The notes under the pieces were generated by a model, which worked only from the letters and a program-made list of their open reading frames with translations, was not told the DNA's origin and did no database searches. Below are positions 49,251-60,466 of a stretch of DNA of 64,000 nt, piece after piece. This DNA comes from Lama glama. Its lineage: Eukaryota. The stretch is from the NCBI GenBank assembly GCA_028534125.1, contig CM052817.1, positions 93,250,001-93,314,000 of the forward strand. The letters run 5' to 3'. The position numbers and the translations under genes were made by a program. The stretch's first letter is position 1. Every line of letters starts with the position of its first letter.

Positions 49251-50580
49251 TTTCTGGTTTTCCTGGATATACTGTGTTTTATTTTTGCGGATACCTTCAT
49301 TTCATGATTATTTTCTTGGTCATTCATCTTCAGCAGTTTGTATATGATGCACCTAATTTTTTTCCTCCTTTGTATTATATGAGTTTCTTTTGTGTATAGT
49401 TTTGTGTTTGTCATTAATTCTGGCCAATTCTCTGCTATTACTTTTTCAAATATTTCTTCTACCCCATTCTTATTATCTTTTAAGCTTTCCTATTACTCAT
49501 TTATTAGAACTTTTGCTATTATTTCACACCTCTTGGAATCTCTGTTGTGTTCTTTATTTTGTTTTGTTTTTCTCCTACTCTTTTTCTCCTTGCCTTTCAG
49601 TTCAGGTAATTTCTCATAATCTATCTTCAAAATCATTGATTCTTTTTTGGGCTGTGTTGAGTCTAGGGATAAGACTCAAGGACATTCTTCATATATTTTG
49701 ATGTATTTTTAATATCCAGCATTCCCATTTGATTCTCTTACATAATTTTACCTCTCACTCTTGGTTCCCATCTGATTTGCATATTGTGTATCTTTTACAC
49801 TGAACCTATCAGTCATAGTTAATTTAAATTACTTCTCTGAGACCTTTTACCTTGGTGTCATACGAGACTGGTTCTGAGTGCTCTGTACTTTGGAGATGTG
49901 TTTATTCTTGAATTTTGTATTTATTTATTAAATGCTGAGCATGCTCTTTAGGACAATAGATACTAAGGCTAATGTTTTTATGCATGGAGATGAGCATGCC
50001 TTCCCTTCTTCTAGGCCTCTTTTATGGAGGTTTGTGCTAATCTAGTTCAGAATTAGGCTGGGTTCAAGTTTTGTTGTCACACTTATAATATGTAACCCAC
50101 AGGGCTTCAGGTTCCTTTAGTGATTCCTCGTGTTTAGGGGGAGAGCTGATTTGCTAGGGGTTATGTCCTCAATGGTGCTTCACACTTGGCTGTGGGTCTC
50201 ACCTCTGTACTGCACTCCACAAAGGATCTGCCATTTGCATCTCGTCTCTATGTAGTCCACTTTTTGTTTTTACTTCAGGTTTCATAGCCTGGTGCTGGGG
50301 ACAAGGGAATGGGGGTGTTCTGTGATGATGGGATTAAGTCTCTCAGTTTTAAGCAGGACATGTGTCCCTGGGCCTCAGGTGTGTGACCTTTACAAGTGCT
50401 CCTGCCCCTCTTCCTGCTGTAGTATTGGGTCTGCCATGTACTCCTGACCCTCCCTCAGGGCTAAATCTTGCTTGCTTGCTTGCTTTTCCCTCTCTCTAGC
50501 CCTTGTGGGTTTCTACCAGTGCCAGTCTTTATTTCCCTTCCTTCCATTAATTAAAACCTTTGTTTCCTCTGAGAGTTAGT
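49251..50580 (-). mobile_element. Old L1 5' region (ORF1/5' UTR)
   Basis: ttcagcagtttgtatatgatgcaccta...gccaattctctgctattactttttcaaatatttcttct...ctatcttcaaaatcattgattctt...ccagcattcccatttgattct. Confidence 0.75.
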
Positions 50581-50751
50581 AGATATGGGTCTGAATGGAA
50601 GCTCAGCTGTGTGATAAGTTGAAGAAGAGTCATTAGTTTACAGTTCACGCAGTATTACCTTTGTTGTAAGGGTGAGAACAATATTCTTTCCAGCTGTGTA
50701 TTTCTGGACTGAAACTGCAAATCAATCTCAACATTTTAAATGTAGCCATCA

Positions 50752-51028
50752 GACAAGAATTGGGTGAGTTCAGGGTGTTATGGCCAGGTGGAAGGATAAG
50801 TTGGGAGTTCAGAATTTGCAGATACAAACTACTGTATATAAAAAGATGAACAACAAGGTCCTACCGTAGAGCACGGGGAACCATATGCAATACCTTGCAG
50901 TGGTCCATAATGAAAGAGAACATGAAGGGGAATAACTGAATCACAATGTTATATGCCAGAAATTAATACAACACTGTAATCTGACTGTACTTCAATTAAA
51001 AATTTAATAAACAAATACACAAGTGAAT
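50752..51028 (+). mobile_element. L1 3' UTR insertion with 14-bp TSD
   Basis: ggataagttgggagttcagaatttgcagatacaaactact...aacaacaaggtcctac...actgaatcac...acttcaattaaaa. TSD aaatgtagccatca (50738-50751) / aaatgtagtcatca (51029-51042). Confidence 0.9.
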
Positions 51029-51556
51029 AAATGTAGTCATCAAGGGAATGTGGCCCAGGGATGCCATGGTACAAAGCCCACTAATGCTAAAACTCAGCAT
51101 TAGGCAAACTTACCCACCCAGGCCCCAGAAAACTGCTGGATTCCCCAACAGGGTCAGTAAGCCTGTGTCACGTCCATGATTTCTACAGCTGGAAAATCCC
51201 AAAGTAAAGATGAAGAGCAGAAGGTATAGTTATATATGCTGACTTTCTTTCCCAAATTTGTTAGCCAGATCTATTATCCTTCTTTCTGGGGTGGACTGAG
51301 TATGGGAGTGAGAGAGACCAGGAATGCGACTGTAATGGAAGTGCCTCTATATCCACGGAGGAATAGATGTACCCCCCTCACTCACAGTAACATTCCCCAG
51401 CTGCTGCTGTAGTGACCCATTCTATTCAACCAATACATCAGTGGTTAACTTGGAGGAGAAAACCAAAACTCTTATAGAGTTATGTTTCTACCTTCCTAAA
51501 GCTACATCCTCCAAAGTAGTCAAAGACCTTTTGCCGATACTTCTGGGATGGCTTTA

Positions 51557-51575
51557 TCGCCACCAGAGGGTCCTT
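51557..51575 (+). promoter_or_regulatory. CTCF-like motif with adjacent AP-1 site
   Basis: TCGCCACCAGAGGGTCCTT, then TGAGTCA at 51579-51585. Motif match only. Confidence 0.4.
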
Positions 51576-52208
51576 CAGTGAGTCAAAAGAGAATACTAAA
51601 TAACTCCAAGCTCTCTATATTTCACTCTCGATTTTATTTCCCAAATTAGATGCATCCATATTGCCCAAAATGGAATAAGATTCCAAAATAAGAATAAAGA
51701 ACAATGTAAAAGGGAGCCAATATAAAATGACAACAAATAAGGATGACCAAATTTATTTCCAGTATTAAATTCTAGGAGAGATTTAAAATCTGCAATCTAA
51801 ATCCTCTTGTAAGTTACAATGCTAAGATGTCAAAATCTGAAGGAATTTTAAAGTGAAAATTCCAAGTATGTTGTCCTTATGAATTACAAATCCAAGAGAA
51901 TTTCGGACTTCACCAATTCATTCCACGCTCAATCTCCGCCCGAGGGGGTTTTGCATCTGGGCAGAGTTGCAGTTTCTTCAGCAGCTATAGTCTAAGCTGC
52001 TGCTCTGGCATGAGCACAGTTCTCTCACAGCCCTAGAAGTTGTAGTTAATGGCAAATCTCTTAGGTTCTTAATTTTAAAGCATCCAAAGAGTTAACAACA
52101 CATACATATACAGATGTCAGTGGCCTGTACTTGATATAAAAAACAAGCTACTCCCTGTCTTTAAGTCAGAACTCAGTACTCAGTGTTACCAAAGATCATG
52201 CAGAAACT

Positions 52209-52287
52209 CACCAGAAATTGACACATTGTAAACTGACTATACTTCAATTTAAAATATTACATAGATAGATAGATTGATAGATAGATT

Positions 52288-52333
<46 letters not shown>

Positions 52334-52358
52334 AAAATAACCGACTTAGGAGGAAAAA
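52209..52358 (+). mobile_element. Extremely 5'-truncated L1 tip with complex tail
   Basis: 52209-52244 is identical (36/36) to 55837-55872 of the L1 downstream. Flanking 20-bp repeats at 52191-52210 and 52359-52378 (3 mismatches). Confidence 0.85.
52261..52333. repeat. (GATA)n tetranucleotide microsatellite with two GATT interruptions
   Basis: Directly visible. Confidence 0.97.
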
Positions 52359-52559
52359 AAAGACCATATAGAAACTCAAATGGCATTTAAAGAGGAAAAG
52401 ATAGATGGTGAAAAATCTTGATTTTAGGCCATCCAGGCTATCTGGAGCTCATGATCTACAAAGATGAACTCAATTAGCAGCATTCTGCTTTTAAAGAATA
52501 ACTTTCAGAGCTAACTAGAGGCTGCCCAGTAGAGGGTGATTCTCTTTTGTTCTTTAGCT

Positions 52560-53065
52560 TCTTTTAAAATAAATAACATACTTTAGAAAAGTGTGCAGAT
52601 CATAAGAAGGAAGTTTGATAGCTTATCCCAAAGTGAATACACCCATGGTATTACTACCTCAGGCGAGAAATAGACCATCACCGCCATGCCAGAAGTCAAC
52701 CCTATGGCCCTTTTCAGGTACCTTTTGTTCCTCCTCTTCCAAGTAATGACTGTTCTAACTTCTGGCACTATAGATACTTTTTTTTTCTTTATTTGAATGT
52801 ATATAAGTTGAATCATTTATGATGTATTACTTTTGTGTCTTAGACTTCTTTCACACAAAACTTTGTCTGCATTTTCAAAATTTTTATATGTAGCACTGGT
52901 TCATGTTTTTTCATTGTTGTATAGAATTTCCTTAAATGAATATAACAAAATTTATCAATTCTATTATTGATGGTTTTCTAGATTATTTACTATTTTGGAA
53001 TATTATGAATAATATTTCTGTAAGCATTCTTATAAATGTTTGGGAGCATGGATGTATGCATTATG
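52560..53065 (-). mobile_element. L1ME-type 3' end
   Basis: agaaaagtgtgcagatcataag...aaagtgaatacacccatggta...ctgttctaacttctggcactatagat...ttcattgttgtatagaattt. Confidence 0.8.
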
Positions 53066-53329
53066 CATCTCTGTTGAGCCTACATCCTGACAGTGTATTT
53101 GACACCAGGACACATCATTTTTTAAATACATCTTCATCCAAAAAACAAAATCATTTTTAGTAATAATCAATAAAAATCAACAATTATTTTATTTACTCTC
53201 TAGCTTTAAAACTAGTAATTAATTTAAAAAACAATAAACTTCAATTTTAAAGATGTTTCCTAAATTAAAATATTGCCTACATGAACAAAAATTTGTACTT
53301 TCAAAACAGAAATATTACTTTAAAATTTC

Positions 53330-54830
53330 TTTTCACTGCCTCCAAATTTTACATTATTTGGGGATATTATTTTCATATTTCTTTTCTTTTTATAAATGTA
53401 ATCATATAGTATTCGGTCTTATTTTGTCTGGCTTTTTTCACTTAACATGATTATTTTAAGATTCATCCCTGTCATTTGGTTCAGTAAAGTCGTTTCAGTT
53501 TTGGCCATTCTAGTGGGCCTGTAGTGACATCTCACTGTGGCTTTTATTTGTATTTCTCTAGTGATTAATAATGTTGAGCATCTTTCCATATGTTTATTTG
53601 CCATCCATGTATCTCCTTTGGTAAGACGTCTATTCAGATGTTTTGGTCATGATTTTTCAAATTGAGTAGTTTGTTTTCTTACTGTTGAGTATTAAGAGTT
53701 ACTTATATTTTTAGATACAAATCCTTCATTAGATATATGTTTTATACATATTTTCCCCCAGTCCATGGCTGGGCTTTTCCTTCTCTTCATAATGTTAAAT
53801 ACACAGCAAAGCTTTCTAATCCATAAAGTTCAATTTATCAATTCTTTTACTTTTATGGTTTGTTCTTTTGATGTAATACATAAGAACTCTTCGCCTAACC
53901 CAAAGTCAAAAATATCTTCCCCTATGTTTTTATCTAGAAGTTTTGTGGTATTGTTTTACATTTACATTTGGAGTTTACTGTTGTATAAGGTTTAAGGTAT
54001 TCAAGAAGATTTTCTTTTTGCCTGTGAACATCGAATTGTTCCAACACCATTTGCTGGGGTAAAAACCACCCTTGTATTAGTTGACTCAACTGTGTACCTT
54101 TGTAAATGATACTTTTATTGCATTTACGTTGATTTCCAGAAATATTGAAATACAATTAATTTTTGTACATTGATCTTGTGTTCTGCAACCTCATTAAATT
54201 CATTCATTACTTCTAGTTTTTACATAGATTCCACTGGATTGTCTAATAGTTGGCCACATTGTGTGCAAATAAAGTTTTACATCTTCTTTCATAATTTGAG
54301 TGACTTTTATTTATTTTTCTTGCTTTATTTACCTGGCTAGAACCATCAGTAAAATTTTCAAAAATAGTGAGAGTAGACATTTTTGTCTTGTTCCTGATTG
54401 GAGAGGAAAATAATTCAGCCTTTTACCAGTAAGTAAAATATTCACTGTAGATTTTGTATAGATACTTTTTATCAGCTGAGGAATTTCCCTTGTATTCCTA
54501 GTTTTCCGATAGTTTTATTTCTTAGGAATGAATTTTGGACTCTGTCAAATGATACATGAGATGATCATACAGTTTTCCTTTTCTAAATTAGTTAATATGA
54601 TGCATTACACTGATTGATTTTCAAATGCTAAACCATGTTATTCCTGTGATAAATCCTACTAGTTAAATTTGATTTGCTAATATTTTGTTTAGAAAATTTT
54701 CATCACTTGATGAGTGATATTGATCAGCAGTCTTCTTTCTGTGTAATGTTGTTGTCTGGTTTTGATATCAAGATAATACTGGCCTCATGGAATGAGTTGG
54801 GAAATAGCCCCTCCTATTCAATTCTCCAAA
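53330..54830 (-). mobile_element. Old L1 (L1MB/L1M-type) ORF2 fragment
   Basis: Minus-strand peptide MANKHMERCSTLLITREIQIKATVRCHYRPTRMAK (53419..53604) is L1 ORF2. Further antisense ORF2 words run to ~54830. Confidence 0.9.
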
Positions 54831-55463
54831 AAAGAATGTCATATCTGTAGGTATATAAACATCAGAAAAGAAGACAGCGGTTAAACTATGCATATCCAGC
54901 TGTGTCCTCGTTCACCAATCAAAAAAGTCACTGCCTGAATAACACTTTGTGCGATGTGTAATGAGAGACCACAAATATTTTCCTAGAGGATGTTGCTCAT
55001 TGAAAAACATGAGACAAAGGTGAAAGGATATTTAGCCCTCTATTTTATTTCCCTTTAAAAGCAAATCAATTCAAGTCCATACTTCTCTTTAGGAGCAATT
55101 CAGGGACCTCTGAAAGGAAAACATATTTTGGAGGCAATGTCTGCTTCAGAAAACCCTTGCCTTCAGGTGAATTCACTCGTTCATGAAGCTAACAAGGGAA
55201 AGGCATAGAGAGAGTCATGCTGTCTTCAGTTTACATAGGGGAAAATGGAAAGTAGCAATGAACTGATTCACTCAGGGTTAACAGCAAATCCAGACACCAT
55301 TAGACCTCTTGCCTCTCACTATAGTGTTACAGTCGTTTCCTGAGTCGTATTTATTTCAGTGAAATTGCTTTTCGCTGTTATCTTACTAGTTACTTTAGCA
55401 TTTAACTCCAAAATAAAGTGCAATTTTACAGTAAAATAATTCTTATCAAAAGTAGCCTGCTTT

Positions 55464-55880
55464 CGGGTGGATGTACCTGGAGATCTTCATTCTAAGTGAC
55501 GTAAGCCAGAAAGAGAAAGAAAAATACCATGTGACATCACTCATACGTGGAATCTTAAAAAAGAAGACACTAATGAATTTATCTACAAAACAAAAATAAA
55601 TTCACAGACATAATAAAAAAATTTATGGTTACTCGGGGAGTAGTGGGGTGGGAAGGGATAAATTGGGAGTTCAAGATTTGCAAATATTAACTACTATATA
55701 CAAAATAGATAAACAACATGTTTCTTCTGTATATAGCACAGAGAACTATATTCAATATCTTGTAGTAACCTATAATGAAACAGAATATGAAAACAAATAT
55801 ATGTATGTATATGTATGACTGACATATTATGCTGTACACCAGAAATTGACACATTGTAAACTGACTATACTTAAAAAAAA
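55464..55880 (+). mobile_element. Young L1 3' end (ORF2 C-terminus, 3' UTR, A tail)
   Basis: Translates WMYLEIFILSDVSQKEKEKYH, then a G-rich UTR and gctgtacaccagaaattgacacattgtaaactgactatactt(A)n. TSD agcctgcttt / aggctgcttt (55454-55463, 55881-55890). Confidence 0.95.
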
Positions 55881-56589
55881 AGGCTGCTTTTAATATAATC
55901 CATCTTCTTAATGTTAAATAAAGATCCTGAGGGTTTGCCCCAGGCTTTTTTTTTTAATATTCTCATTCCCCAGATGAAGTGGATGTCTTTTTTTCCCCAT
56001 GCCTTTTCCTCTTGGGAGTCGATCATTTCCAATGTCAGAATGTGGTGAAGCTGTCATTCAGAATGCCCACTTCACCTGCCACAGAGGTGGAGAGGGGCCC
56101 AAATGGGTCCCTCAGAATCTCCTCCCAGGATGCAGGGACTGAGGAGAGTCCTTATGGGGACCGATGTGATTGCTGAGAGGGAAAGGATCTCTTTCTTCTT
56201 AGGAGACATAAGGTGAAAACACCGTGTAAGCCTGAACTGGCAGACTTTTTCTGGAAAATGATACTAAGGGGAAAGAACAGTCCAAAAAAAAAAATCCACA
56301 AGACAGGGTAGAGAAAGAGATGAGAGAGAGAGAGAGAAGGGAGGGAGAAAAAGAGAGAGACAGGGAGAGAGAGACAGAATTGAAATAATCATTTAAAGAT
56401 TTAAACATCAGGTACCAGATGAGCCTATAATTCAACTCCTGCTCTTTTCCAGTTTATGAGTCAAGAAATTGCTTTTTGTTTAAGCTAGTTAAGTTTTTTT
56501 TTCTGTCACTTTCCTCCAAGTGCTGACTACTATTCTGAGTGTTTCTATTCATTTACACAGGCTGATAGCTTACACTGCTCTTCTGTGCC

Positions 56590-57512
56590 CACTTTAGACT
56601 TTTCTCTGCACCCCGGATTCATCTCCATGAATTCCAGGCTTGAATTGGATGAGTTAATCCACTGAACTTAACCATGTTCAAGGCCAAACAACTGCTTTCC
56701 CCTCAAACCTATTCTTGCCTCCCTCTTCTGCATCTCAGTATGTTGCCATCACTTTTCAGTCGCTCAAGTCAGGAATGAAATTCACCTTAATTACTTGGTC
56801 CCCCTCACTCTCCACTGCTACCAACGCATCAGCCAGTCCTGCCATTCTTACTCCCTCCATATCACTTGAATCTCTCTCTCCATTTTTCTTAATTTTCACT
56901 GCCTTAACCCCAGTCCAACACCACCTCTCACTATACTGCAGAACCTTCCAACTACCTCACACTTCGTTTTGATTCCCTACAATTCAGCATCTGTGTAGCA
57001 CCTGACGTGAACCTTTAAAACTCTAAGCCAGGTCACTTTAATCCCCTGCTTGGAACCACGTAATTACTTCTAATTGCACATAAGAAGCTTTTGCTAACTT
57101 TAATCTCATCTGTCCCCCAGCCCCAGACTCTGTCGTCCAGGTGCTGGTCCCCCCAACACACTGTCCTTGTTTGTCCCCTACCTTCCTTTGGTTGGATGAT
57201 TCTCTTCCTTTACAGCTTAATCTAGATGATACCTCCTCAGAGAGATCGCCCCTGACCATTCTGTCTAAAGCAATGAACCACCCGACCTACACCATGATTC
57301 TCTGCAAAAATTCCCAGATCACTTACTTCATATCATACATGATAATTAATATTTCTAACTTGTTACTTAGTTGGTTTTATTTTTGTCCGCCTCCCCCCAC
57401 CAGCCTGGACCCTGTGTCTAACAGCACGCCAGCTACACAGACACGCAAACATATCTTTTAAATGAATGAAAGAGTAAAAAAAAAATGAATGTACAAATGA
57501 ATGAATGAATGC
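56590..57512 (+). mobile_element. L2 LINE 3' ~0.9 kb (an antisense L2 remnant follows to ~58180)
   Basis: aacttaaccatgttcaag...cctcaaacct...catctcagt...tcactgcctta...acctcctcagagagatcgcccctgacca..., ending in (tgaa)n. Confidence 0.8.
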
Positions 57513-58239
57513 ATAACACAAAGTACTATGTAAGAACTGGAATAGTGGAGACGAATTTCATTTACAGTTAGATGAGAAGATTGCTTCGGAATGAGAAGCA
57601 TATGAGTTCAACTCTGAGCAATAGCTTTGGGAATGGTGGGAAAAACGAAAGAGCCTGAGAGAAAATCCGTGAGAAAATCTGGGTGTCTGAGTGTGTCTGT
57701 GTATGTGTGTGTTCAGGTGTGTTTAAGGGACATGCACTGTATATGCAAACTCCTAGTGTGGATATGCATGGGGATAGAAAATAAGCCTTGATAGAGAAGA
57801 TAAGGCCACACTGTGGGCGTCATTGAATACCAAGCCTCACTTAGTTTGGATGGAACAATAGTTATGCGGGTAATAGAGGATGCATGTGAAAAAAATCGCT
57901 GTGGCAATGAAAGGGGGAAGTGACAGATTTGAGGGATATGGTGGTAACACAGACGGACCTTTGGGACAAATGGAATATTATGTGTCAAAAGCTGATCCAA
58001 GCTCGTGAACCCAAGTGACTAGGATATGGATTCTGTTAACAGATGGAATCCTTAGGAGGGTGATGTGCAAACTGGGAGGAGGGCAATGAAATTAGAGTTT
58101 CTTAAAACATATACATACACAAAGAGCCAGCAGATACTTGGAGAGGCGGTGCTGGACCCCAGCTGGAAAAATCAAAGATAAATAAGTTAATCAGCAACAA
58201 CTATCAAAAAGACATTTATGGAATGCGTCCTATAGGCTG

Positions 58240-58800
58240 AGAGCATCAGCCAGAGCTCAGTGCAGGACAGAGAATCCAGTCTAGCTCTTCCTAGCAGAAA
58301 ATAAGTTTGTATATGTAATTAGGGGGATTTGATGTTGATACAACCATTGGAAAGGAAAGAGGAACTTCCTGCCAGAAGTGAACTCTTACCAGGCTTCTGA
58401 CTTCAAGCTCCTCTGGTCCAGTGTTCGGGAACAACTACAGACACCCACAGATTAGGAAAACACTGCTGCTATGGCATTCTCCAGGCTGAAGTTACAGCCA
58501 CTGCCACCAGCACGCTGTGGAATCAACAATAAATGTGGGAGTTTCAGCTCCGATGCACTCTGATCTGCCCACTCTGATGCACGAGGGGTCAATGCCTCCC
58601 CCACCTTGCTGTCTTCCTTCTGTCTTCCAAATATGGTGTAGGTGGGGCTCCTTGGCAGAAGCTGTATAATATCCTGCACTCTCTCGGTAAGTGTGCTAAG
58701 GAAATGTAGTTCTTAGTCTTCCAGCCCTTAAGTTCCCGGTAAGTGGGACTTCAGGAGGCTAACCCATGGTGGGAACAGAGGCTGAATGCCAGCAGAGAAG
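58240..58800 (-). mobile_element. Ancient MaLR/ERVL LTR remnant (MLT1K/LTR33-like)
   Basis: caggacagagaatccagtctagct...ttggcagaagc...gctaaggaaatgtagttcttag. Family uncertain. Confidence 0.45.
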
Positions 58801-58849
58801 ATCCAGCAGAGTGGACCTGGGGCAAAGGGCTATACATATATTTTCTCAC

Positions 58850-59020
58850 TCCCTCTTCATCAAGAAATACTAAGTCATACTATTACCCTCATTTTACGGA
58901 TAAGAATGTGAAGACATGGACACGTTAAGTACCTTGACATATATTTCCATATCTAATAAAGTGGGGGAATTGGATTTGCATCCAGAAAGTCTGACTCAAA
59001 AGTCCACGTTCCTTAGTCCT
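58850..59020 (-). mobile_element. MIR
   Basis: tactattaccctcattttacggataagaatgtgaagac...gttaagtaccttg...ggatttgcatccag...gtctgactcaaaagtcc. Confidence 0.8.
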
Positions 59021-60379
59021 GTGCTGGAGTTTTCTCCTTAGAAATAAACAGTTGAAGAACTCAAAGGAGAGCATATCAAATGAGAAAATAACACTGAGTC
59101 TAGACTTCTGGGTAATTCTTAAATGTAAGAAGCAAGCAGAGGAAGCAGAAATAGTAGTTAAGGGCAGCACATTCACATTCACTTCAAAGGAGGCGAATTA
59201 ACACCAAGGAGGGATGGTTTATGGTCAGCTGGTTTGAAAACTGAGAAGTCGTCACCCTAGGCAAAAAGCAGACCATTATCATCATTGCTATTATTTAATT
59301 CTGAAATGAAGGGCTATAGTAACAAATTCATATGGCGTAGGATAGAAGGGAGCTTTTAATGGTTGAGTATCACATTCCTGGAATCCTACCCCAATGTGCT
59401 TTCCCCTTTCCCTTCCCCTTTTTACTTAAAAATCTGTTCTTGGGTCACTCTTACTCATCAGGATCATTAAGAAAACAGAGAACTCAGCTTTTGTTGTTCT
59501 AGGGAGCCACAGAATCATGCCCATGTGGCTACTCTGGTTTAGAATGGGTGTTGGCTTTACATGTTCTGATTATATCTATCCACCTTTCCAACTGCCCTCT
59601 CTGGAGATACCAAACTGTAGCTGTTATGAGTGCCTTGTTTTACTTTGACTTTGAGTGGGGCTGTCACTTACAAAACTCAAGGAACCTTTGCATAAAGACA
59701 GAAGAGTACTCCTACTCCACTCAGGCTACCCTTCTGGTTGTATAGTAGGCCACATTTTGCTACCGTTCACTAAGCATTGTTACCATGGGGTTACCTCCAG
59801 CATCGTTCCTGCTCAGACATAGAGACATGTTAGTATGAATATATATTGATGACGATGACATTACAGAACTTTTTTGCTGCAGGATCAGATACGTTCTTGA
59901 AATTCTCCAATGGCAAAACCTCATTTTCTTTACATGCAATGAAGGGCCTCAGTCGGTTAATTTTTTCTGCAACAAGATCTAATTAAAACCTTTTGGGATT
60001 TGTCTTCTACTATCTACTGCTATAATGAATTGCAATTCATCATTTCCGAAGCCTATAAGAAAAAGTTATCTCATGTGCTCAAATGACTAATATAATCTAC
60101 AGGACAAAGATCGATGATTTGCCCAGAGTTGAAGCATTGACAACTGGTTCTTGAATCCTCTTTAAATTATGGTCGATTTTATTCCCATAGAACAGCAACC
60201 CTAAAAGATGCATTCTGCTAGTAAATGTGACACTAAACTAACATCAGCTTAAAATCTCTATTGTAATTGTAGTTCATCAGAAAATTAGTCTTTTCTTTTT
60301 GAAATATTGTTTAGGCTACCTGCTGCTGTTTAATTTTTAGACATTGCTACATTGATAAAAATGAAAAAAAATGTATAAT

Positions 60380-60466
60380 AGGGAGAAAAAGACAGAAACA
60401 TAAAAAATAAAAATCACATTTATTTAAACAAAATATACACACAGTGTACAATGAATATGGTTTACA
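60380..60466 (-). terminator. Cleavage/polyadenylation site of a minus-strand transcript
   Basis: Minus strand: three TGTA elements (60466-63, 60450-47, 60439-36), AATAAA (60424-60419), then a T/GT-rich downstream tract tttttatgtttctgtctttttct. Confidence 0.7.
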
